From positions 16,020-80,019 of the forward strand of contig CAYOCI010000006.1 in NCBI GenBank assembly GCA_964402415.1: DNA of 64,000 nucleotides, written 5' to 3'. Position 1 is the first letter of the stretch, and the number at the start of each line of letters is the position of its first letter. The DNA is from an uncultured Clostridia bacterium. Its GTDB lineage: Bacteria > Bacillota > JAAYKD01 > CAYOCI01. Made by a program: the position numbers and the translations under genes. Under the pieces are notes generated by a model. It was not told the origin of the DNA. It did not search any database and saw nothing but the letters and a program-made list of their open reading frames with translations. Below, piece by piece: positions 57,404 to 64,000 of this stretch.

Positions 57404-58087
57404 CTATAAGCCCTTAACAGGAGGTGCATCATGAACATCTTTGACTGATGGGCGACCATAGTTCAATGCGTTGACAGGGCAGACCTCTTGGCACTGGAAA
57501 CAGACCAGGCAATACGTCGGATCGATTCTCGCGCCTTCCGTTCTGCCGACGTTTATCGCCCCGGCAGGACATGCCGCAGTGCAAACGTTACAGGAACGAC
57601 AGCCCTGAGCTGAGATTTTGAGCTTGGCGAAACGTCCTGTGAGGCTAAACAATATGCCCCAGGGGCACAGATAACGATGCCATGCTGTCTCATTGACGAA
57701 CAGTGTCACGAGTAAACCAAGTGGGATGATGATCGCGGGCAGTGGGAACTTTCGACCTTGGGTAATGGTGTAGATGGTGTAGCCCAATCCCCCGAGAAAT
57801 AACGAAAGAACTATGCGGCGTACGAGAGTTTTGCTGATCCAGCTTGGGACGCTCTTTTTCTGGGTAGCTAGCATTCTGCCCAGCCAGTTAATGGGGCGGA
57901 TCAGAGTATTTATTGGACAAATCCACCCACAATAGAACCGCCCGAAATACGAGGCTAAAATGATGGATGCAAAAATTAGCGCCATCCAAAACTGGGCCTT
58001 GCCGATGATCATTAGAGTTAAGAAGACGGCGAACGAAAGAAGCTGAACCCCCAGGCGAGTTTTTGGATGAGCCATATGAACCTCCAT
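57404..58087 (-). CDS. 4Fe-4S ferredoxin-type membrane protein (NapH/MauN-like)
   Basis: TM helices with 'CGWICPINTL', 'CPWG' and 'CRSCNVCTAACP…CLVCFQCQEVCP' two-cluster ferredoxin motifs. Confidence 0.6.
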   Translation of the reverse strand: MEVHMAHPKTRLGVQLLSFAVFLTLMIIGKAQFWMALIFASIILASYFGRFYCGWICPINTLIRPINWLGRMLATQKKSVPSWISKTLVRRIVLSLFLGGLGYTIYTITQGRKFPLPAIIIPLGLLVTLFVNETAWHRYLCPWGILFSLTGRFAKLKISAQGCRSCNVCTAACPAGAINVGRTEGARIDPTYCLVCFQCQEVCPVNALNYGRPSVKDVHDAPPVKGL

Positions 58088-58283
58088 CTATATACCTATT
58101 CCCCCTATGGGTATATTCATTATATCATCCACAAAATAAGCCAGTCAATAGAGGCAAAATCTAACCACAAAAGTCGCGGAAGACCCGACTTTTGTGGTTA
58201 TCAAGTTTGCAGGGCGTAAGATTCATGATAGACTAGTAAATACCCTAGCTGGGTATGCGTATTAGTTTATTGGGAGGTCGTTA

Positions 58284-58889
58284 ATGGAAAAACGATTGAG
58301 GAGCTATCTCTACGTGGTGACGATATTGTTTTTTACGCTGGGGTTGTTTAATGTTCTTTTTGCCTTTCTGGGACTGATCTGTATGCTCTTGCCATTTGTA
58401 TTATTGTTCAAAGACAGAAAGAAGACATGGTGTCAGAGTTATTGCCCACGTGCTAGCCTTTTTACGAGGCTGTTCAAGGGCAGATCATTGACTGGCAGCA
58501 GAGGCCCTGACTGGTTGTTCGGTAATGGCAAGTGGATCATGGTGGTCTATTTCGGCTTCAATCTCTTCGTCATTACCATGTCCACGCTTAGGGTCGCCAG
58601 AGGTCTCGCGGCTCCTATGGAATACCTACGCTTTTTGGTAGCCTTTGTACTCCCCTGGAAACTTCCGCAGCTTCTTACCCTGGGAGCGCCAGATTGGGTG
58701 ATCCACCTAGCCTACCGAATCTACTCCATGATGTTTACTACCACCGTCTTGGGGATGGTGCTCGGTTGGCTGTTTTACCCGCGAACGTGGTGCCGTATTT
58801 GCCCAATCAGTACACTGTCGGATGCTGCACTGAAAAAGTTGGGTCAATCTACTTCCCAGGCTAAGGGGACGCACCCACAGGCCCTTTAG
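58284..58889 (+). CDS. Hypothetical membrane protein with Cys-Pro metal-binding-like motifs
   Basis: 201 aa, multi-TM, with 'CQSYCPRASL' and 'WCRICPISTL' resembling 4Fe-4S-binding-domain membrane proteins. Confidence 0.5.
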   Translation: MEKRLRSYLYVVTILFFTLGLFNVLFAFLGLICMLLPFVLLFKDRKKTWCQSYCPRASLFTRLFKGRSLTGSRGPDWLFGNGKWIMVVYFGFNLFVITMSTLRVARGLAAPMEYLRFLVAFVLPWKLPQLLTLGAPDWVIHLAYRIYSMMFTTTVLGMVLGWLFYPRTWCRICPISTLSDAALKKLGQSTSQAKGTHPQAL

Positions 58890-59118
58890 TTCATGCAATA
58901 AAGCACAGGCAATCGTTCCGTCTGGGGGTGGCGTTGGTGATCACATTGGAAGATGTCTTTAGCTGGAATGCTTGCTGGTCAGGACCTTCCCACAGCATGA
59001 GCATCGCGAGTGCTAATTGAGAATGGCTTCGGCAGTTAAGGCGATCTCAGATTAGTAGCACCTGCAAGTCACACAGTGTCATCATTGGAGCTTTCCTATT
59101 AGGACAACCTACACGCAA

Positions 59119-59395
59119 GGTGACCCATACTAACAAAGACGCAGCAGATAACCGCAGAGGGAACCTAATGCTTGCTAAAGGCGAATGAATGGAACAAGGA
59201 CGGTGTCCGCTGAGCGGACACCGTCCTTGTTCGTACTTACCTAGGCTCCGCCTATACCCCCAACCAGTTCGTTAGTAGGAACTGCAGGCGAGCGATTAAG
59301 AGTGAGCAGCGGCTCATGACGGCGTTGCCGAAGGAAGCGCCAAAGCCGATCATCATGACCCAGCGGCCTGCCTTGGTGACGATGGCGCCGGGACC
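59119..59395. repeat. Direct-repeat copy 3 (native locus): HNH 3' remnant, terminator hairpin, and the real 3' end of gene 59252..59857
   Basis: '…DNRRGNLMLAKGE*' remnant at about 59119–59188. Hairpin at 59198–59226 with loop 'tgag'. Continues as the coding 3' end of the downstream membrane-protein gene. Confidence 0.75.
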
Positions 59396-59857
59396 GGTGA
59401 GCGCTTTGGTATAGGTCCCGGTGAAGAAGAAGTAGGAGATAACCGCTAGGACACCGAGGAAGAGGATGATGTTATTCAGGGAGTTCAGCTTGACGAAGGT
59501 CGCCGAGACCTGGCTCAGGAACTGTGCCTGGACCGCACCTGCTAGACCGATACCGGCGCCAGCGGCGATCAGAAGCGCCATGGGATAGCGTGCTAACCAG
59601 CCCATATTGGGCACATAGCGGGAGTAAAGCATGAGCCCGAGGACGATGGGGATGAGGTAGATGATCTTACCCTCGAACAGAGGCTTGAGTGCCTGCTTAT
59701 CAAAGTTCTGCCAGCCGACGACGACGGCGTTGCCGGCGGCGATCCCTAAGAATGCGTTTTGGAAGAGCTGATAGACCTTGTTGTCCATTCGAAAAACGAA
59801 GCTGATCATAACCAATGTGGTGATGGCTGCAAGCCATACAACCGGAGCTGTACTCAT
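59252..59857 (-). CDS. Integral membrane protein, last gene of a four-gene membrane operon; its 3' end is the source of the repeat
   Basis: 201 aa with six TM segments. C-terminus '…KAGRWVMMIGFGASFGNAVMSRCSLLIARLQFLLTNWLGV' is re-encoded in partial form in copies 1 and 2. Confidence 0.6.
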   Translation of the reverse strand: MSTAPVVWLAAITTLVMISFVFRMDNKVYQLFQNAFLGIAAGNAVVVGWQNFDKQALKPLFEGKIIYLIPIVLGLMLYSRYVPNMGWLARYPMALLIAAGAGIGLAGAVQAQFLSQVSATFVKLNSLNNIILFLGVLAVISYFFFTGTYTKALTGPGAIVTKAGRWVMMIGFGASFGNAVMSRCSLLIARLQFLLTNWLGV

Positions 59858-59870
59858 GGTTTTCCCCCCT

Positions 59871-60695
59871 CTACGCGGTTTTGGGCTTGCGGTTCAGGTA
59901 GTAGCCGACATTGCCGAGCACGATGATGGCGATGACCAGCAGGTGAGCGATCGACTGAGCATCCATGGCAGCGGCCGCAGAGCCAGGAGATTCGAGGATC
60001 ATCTCATACTCGGCAGCGCCTTTGAGCCCAGTCAGCATGGCGACTGCCTGCTTGGACTGTACATACGGCATATTGCCGGGCGCCATGACCGCAGCAACAC
60101 CGAGGATGAGGTTGATCTTGTTCTTGGTGAAGGCTTGGCGCACCCAGGCGGCGGTGGGCATGGCGTCGCCAACGTTCAGGCTGACGACGAGGTCAAAGTC
60201 AGCCAGCTTGTTGAGGTCGGCCATGGCGGGGATCTGGGTGATGGGTGTCTTGCGACCATCTGTCTTGAAGGTGGAGCCGATCGAGTCACTCATGGCGGCC
60301 ACACCGGACTCAGCGCCCGCTGCGTAACCTAGATGCACGTAGTCGGCGCCATACTTCTTGCCTGCCGCACCGAAGACCTTGTCGGCCATATTGGCGGTCA
60401 AGTTATCTGAGTCGGCCATGGTGGTCATGGTATAGGTCTTGACCCCTTTTTGAGCCAGATGCTTGAGGATAACTTCGGCCTGAGGGTTTAGCTCGGCAGA
60501 AGAGCTGGGGCCATAGTCGAACGATACCAGGACCTTGTCGTTGGCCGCCAGCTTGTTGATGGCGTCGAACCCCCCCCGTGTTTCTGCCGAGATGGGGATA
60601 GGCAGGCCGATGGGGTTGATCAGCGGGATAACCAAGGCAACCAGAAGGACGGCATAGATGATCCGGCGATCTGGGTTGAAGATGTTGAACTTCAT
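59871..60695 (-). CDS. Membrane-anchored hypothetical protein (operon member)
   Basis: 274 aa. N- and C-terminal TM segments flank a soluble domain. 13 bp upstream of the 59252..59857 gene. Confidence 0.5.
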   Translation of the reverse strand: MKFNIFNPDRRIIYAVLLVALVIPLINPIGLPIPISAETRGGFDAINKLAANDKVLVSFDYGPSSSAELNPQAEVILKHLAQKGVKTYTMTTMADSDNLTANMADKVFGAAGKKYGADYVHLGYAAGAESGVAAMSDSIGSTFKTDGRKTPITQIPAMADLNKLADFDLVVSLNVGDAMPTAAWVRQAFTKNKINLILGVAAVMAPGNMPYVQSKQAVAMLTGLKGAAEYEMILESPGSAAAAMDAQSIAHLLVIAIIVLGNVGYYLNRKPKTA

Positions 60696-60710
60696 CTACT
60701 TATCCTCCTT

Positions 60711-61334
60711 CTAGTCTTTGTTGCTGCCCAGCCATTCAGAGCTGAGGCCCAGGATATTGCGTAGGTTGATGGCTATGAAGGCCAAAGCGCTGGTGATGAT
60801 TAGGCCGCGCTGCGCCGCGGTGTTCGGGATGCTGATGATCCAGGCCCCCACCTTTGGTAGTACGGGGCTGATCAGGGCGCCAATGGGAGCATTGCCCAGC
60901 ATGAGCAGAATCGCGGTAACCAGCAGCAGGGTCGACTCGAGGCTGCGGGCGCGGAAGGAACGAGCGGCTGCAGACGCGATGAAGAAGGCCAGGAGGGCGT
61001 AGGCGGTCGAGCTCCCGGGAACCATGATCCCGTCATACAGCAACGCATACGCGCTGTTCTTAGTTCCGATGGTCAAGCCGATCACGATGGTGGAGATCAT
61101 GGCGCCATATAGCACGGCGCTGTTGACCCATCCATCTTTGCGGGCAGAGATGCGAGGCCAGTGTACACGCAGCAGGTTAAACGCGCCCAGTGGCAGAGCT
61201 AGGGTTGCCACGATGACCACCCAGGCACGAATGGTGACTGCGGCTTGATTGACTGCGGCCATCTTGATGAAGTTGTCGGCGATCATGATTAGGCCAACAA
61301 TCGTAGCGGTCAGAATTGGAATCTCACGTCTCAT
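60711..61334 (-). CDS. Integral membrane protein (operon member)
   Basis: 207 aa with six TM segments. Confidence 0.5.
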   Translation of the reverse strand: MRREIPILTATIVGLIMIADNFIKMAAVNQAAVTIRAWVVIVATLALPLGAFNLLRVHWPRISARKDGWVNSAVLYGAMISTIVIGLTIGTKNSAYALLYDGIMVPGSSTAYALLAFFIASAAARSFRARSLESTLLLVTAILLMLGNAPIGALISPVLPKVGAWIISIPNTAAQRGLIITSALAFIAINLRNILGLSSEWLGSNKD

Positions 61335-61346
61335 TTTCGCACCCCC

Positions 61347-62132
61347 TTACCACTTAACCAGATTGGTGAAGAATGGGCTCCCCATGGTCGTGGCTAACGC
61401 GCCGAGGACAATGAGGCAGACGGCGATGGCCTTGCCGAAATCTTGAGCGCTCAAGGAGCCCAAGACGTCGCGGTTGTTGCTGAGAGTGGCGCCGGCGGCG
61501 AACATCTCCTCGCCCAGCAGCGTGTAGTCACAGGCAACAACGAAGAATGGGATCTGATAGACGTTGGTATCACCGGCGATTTGAATGGCGCCAGCAGTAT
61601 TGCCCGCTTCGGCAAGGAGGAGTGACTCGGCACCGAAGCCGCCGATCATGACGTTGCCCGCAGCGTGCTCGGCCTGGATGATGCCGATGGCTGAGGTGGC
61701 GTAGGCAAACTGCTCATTGGAGAGAAAGCGGACCATGCTCTCTTGGAACGCCTCAGGCTTACCGGCTTCAGCGAACGAGTTCTTGGCGATCTCGCGGGAA
61801 ACAGCGTAGGTGGATGGAGCGCAGACCGTGACGATCAGCTTCGTGTTATAGTGGGCGGCGCGTCTCGCCATCCAGGCCATGACTTCTAGACCACCCAGGA
61901 CACGAGCAGTGGAGTCCCCGCCCTCGATGCTGTTGACGCCGGCGGTGAAGTGGACGGGTCGTCCAGCCTCAGTGGCGCGACCGATGACTTCCTCGAGAGC
62001 TTCAACACCTGCCAGGCGGCGGATACTGATGGGCTTGTCCGTTTTTCTGGCCTGCAGGATCTGATAGACAACCACACAGGAGAAGACAAGAAATGTAATT
62101 AGAGCAAAGTGCTTACCAGCGATAATAGTCAA
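61347..62132 (-). CDS. Membrane-anchored hypothetical protein (first gene of the operon)
   Basis: 261 aa; N-terminal TM plus a soluble domain. Confidence 0.5.
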   Translation of the reverse strand: MTIIAGKHFALITFLVFSCVVVYQILQARKTDKPISIRRLAGVEALEEVIGRATEAGRPVHFTAGVNSIEGGDSTARVLGGLEVMAWMARRAAHYNTKLIVTVCAPSTYAVSREIAKNSFAEAGKPEAFQESMVRFLSNEQFAYATSAIGIIQAEHAAGNVMIGGFGAESLLLAEAGNTAGAIQIAGDTNVYQIPFFVVACDYTLLGEEMFAAGATLSNNRDVLGSLSAQDFGKAIAVCLIVLGALATTMGSPFFTNLVKW

Positions 62133-62439
62133 CTAACATCACCTCCGACAATTTGGATCAACGTTAGTAACGAAATACCCCACCATGAATAACACCCAGC
62201 ACATCCTCATCAATCACCTTCATTCCCTTACCAAGTTAGATACATTATACCAGTATATCTATTAATATTCAGCATATTTCTACCTTTACTGCGCTCGACA
62301 CGGGTAGAATTATCGAGCAAACGGAGCTATGCCGGAAAGGGTGCTGGCCATCCCCGGAACTATCAAGGAAACTCTTGACAACATACCACCATGGTGTAAT
62401 AATAACAGCATAGTGTAACGATAGTGAGGGACAACCAAT

Positions 62440-62976
62440 ATGGACGAACAGGGACGCTATACCGCCGAAGAGGCGGCGCAGGTGCTACAGGCCGAAGGGG
62501 ACAGCGAGATAAGCAAACGGACGGTGAACTATTACGCCTTCGAGAAGGGGATGTTTGAGGTCAGCGAGACCGGCAAGCGTTGCTTTACCGAGGCAGATCT
62601 GGACAAGATTCGGGCGATCCGCCTGCTGCGCGAGCACACCAGCCTGACTCTGGAGCAGATCAAGACCGTGATCCGTGATCGCTCACTGGATGAGATCCGG
62701 GCGAGTTGTGTGGCCCGGGTGGCGGAGGCCAGCCAAGCATACGCCCGCCCGCTGATGGCGGAGCAAGTGGAGATGCGTGAGTTCTCCCCGCCGCCCATGC
62801 CGATGATGTATACTTCGTCGACCCGCACGGCAGCCTCTGAACCGCCACGCCCAGCAAAGGCCGAGGCGAAGAGCCGCACCATCCGGGTCAATGAGGATCT
62901 GACGCTGGTGGTCAGCCCGCAGGTCACCACGACCAAGCTAAAGAAGATCATCGACTTCATCCGCGCGCTAGAGTGA
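62440..62976 (+). CDS. MerR-like HTH transcriptional regulator (putative)
   Basis: N-terminal 'YTAEEAAQVLQAEGDSEISKRTVNYYAFEKGMFEV…ADLDKIRAIRLLRE' resembles a MerR-type HTH. Low-complexity C-terminus. Confidence 0.45.
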   Translation: MDEQGRYTAEEAAQVLQAEGDSEISKRTVNYYAFEKGMFEVSETGKRCFTEADLDKIRAIRLLREHTSLTLEQIKTVIRDRSLDEIRASCVARVAEASQAYARPLMAEQVEMREFSPPPMPMMYTSSTRTAASEPPRPAKAEAKSRTIRVNEDLTLVVSPQVTTTKLKKIIDFIRALE

Positions 62977-63105
62977 AAATGGCCCACGGCCCGCAGCCCA
63001 CAGCCTGCAGAAGCCGGCGTTCGCAAAGTGGGGCGGTTTCATCTTCGTGTGCCGCCAAGGTGGTGTTGGGAACCAACGTAAAGAGTGAGAGGGAGGACGT
63101 ATCCA

Positions 63106-64000
63106 TGATGAAGCTCACAGCGAAGTTTGCCAGGGAAGCCATTCTCAATCGCAACGGGCTCAACCATCTGCGCGTAGAGCTGGTGCCGCCGCAGGCACCG
63201 GCGGTCCAGAGCGGGAAGCCGGTCCTGATGATCTTCGTCATCGATCGCAGCGGCTCGATGGAAGAGCCAGCCTGGCGGTCCGCGGAGGAGTCGGCCTATC
63301 AGCGCCGCGGTGCATACGAGCATGCCACGAAGATGAGCTATGCCGCCAGCGCGGCCATCAAGTTCCTTGGGTTGCTGCGCCCCACGGACTTGTTTGGCGT
63401 GGTCTCGTTCGATCATATCGCCAGCATCGAGCAGCCCCTGACCCCCGTGAACCCCGCGAATCACCGCTCGGTGGCGGAGCGCATCCAGCAGATCCATCCG
63501 CGGGGGAGCACCAATATCTCTGACGCCATCGAGATGGCTAGGAAGATGATCTCGCCGGAGCTCACCGACCGGTACAACTGCAAGATCGTGCTGCTCAGCG
63601 ACGGGCAGGCGAATCAAGGGATCACCAATGTCGATGGGTTGGCTTCCATCGCGCTGCGCTGCCAGCAGAACGGGATCACCGTCTCGACCCTGGGGATCGG
63701 GATCGACTATAACGCCAATATCATGGCGCAGATGGCGCTCAGTGGTGGGGGGCTCTTCTACCATATCGTCAATATGGGCGAGCTGGACGGTATCTTCGCC
63801 CAGGAACTGCAGCTGGCACAAGCCATCACCGCCAAGGGGGTTAGACTGACCCTATCCATCCCCGACCTGATCGAGGTAGGGGAGAATCTCAATGGCTTTA
63901 TCCAGACGGTGCAGGGTGGCCATATCGAGCTCCTGATCGGGGACCTCGGCTGGCCGAGCCAGGCGATCATCCCGATCGAGAACCACTTCGTTGACACTGA
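63106..64000 (+). CDS. von Willebrand factor A (VWA) domain protein, 3'-truncated by the window end
   Basis: MIDAS 'VIDRSGSM', 'LLSDGQANQG' and 'TLGIGIDYN' motifs. The ORF runs off the window. Confidence 0.65.

Noticed and set aside
1-64000. tRNA or rRNA genes
   Set aside because: I scanned for cloverleaf-compatible GC-rich ~75-nt segments ending near CCA, and for 16S/23S/5S signatures. None were seen. The hairpins found are terminators or repeat elements.

Overview
This is a high-GC (about 60–65%) window from a Gram-positive-type bacterium, judged by its AGGAGG-type ribosome-binding sites. I found no rRNA, tRNA or CRISPR array.

Core content, start to end:
- A methyl-accepting chemotaxis protein.
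- A CapA-like metallophosphatase and a hemolysin-III-family protein.
- An NfeD–flotillin pair.
- A complete oligopeptide ABC transporter (OppABCDF) and a MATE efflux pump.
- A 985-aa secreted protein built from five or more near-identical 147-aa tandem repeats.
- AzlC/AzlD branched-chain amino-acid exporter genes.
- A nitrosative-stress cluster: flavodiiron protein, Rrf2-family regulator and a hemerythrin-like protein.
- MscL.
- An SbcD/SbcC-like nuclease–ATPase pair followed by RtcB, flanked by two paralogous small genes with near-identical strong promoters.
- PpnP, and a pair of small proteins I tentatively assign to DUF1659/DUF2922.

The standout region is a roughly 15 kb block of lower GC (about 48–52%) at about 40.1–55.5 kb. 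It carries a DNA (cytosine-5) methyltransferase, an AIPR-like protein, an 859-aa protein of unknown function, a NERD-nuclease/UvrD-like ATPase fusion, a DExH helicase interrupted by an in-frame TAA, a DUF1998 zinc-ribbon protein and a 342-aa unknown protein. The helicase + DUF1998 + C5-methyltransferase core resembles class 2 DISARM (DrmA/DrmB/DrmMII), but there is no recognisable DrmC phospholipase-D nuclease and the gene order and extra genes differ. It looks like an undescribed variant defense system or a composite defense island.

The island abuts an HNH endonuclease gene and a threefold direct repeat of about 180 bp. The repeat is a terminator hairpin plus the 3' end of the membrane-protein gene at 59252..59857. 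The copies delimit two small cassettes, which suggests serial site-specific insertion at the 3' end of that gene.

Other recurring elements:
- Two copies of a ~95-nt structured repeat flanking a small gene.
- A family of GC-rich palindromic 'GTAGGGGCGGG' repeats, including a 123-bp tandem array between sbcC and rtcB.
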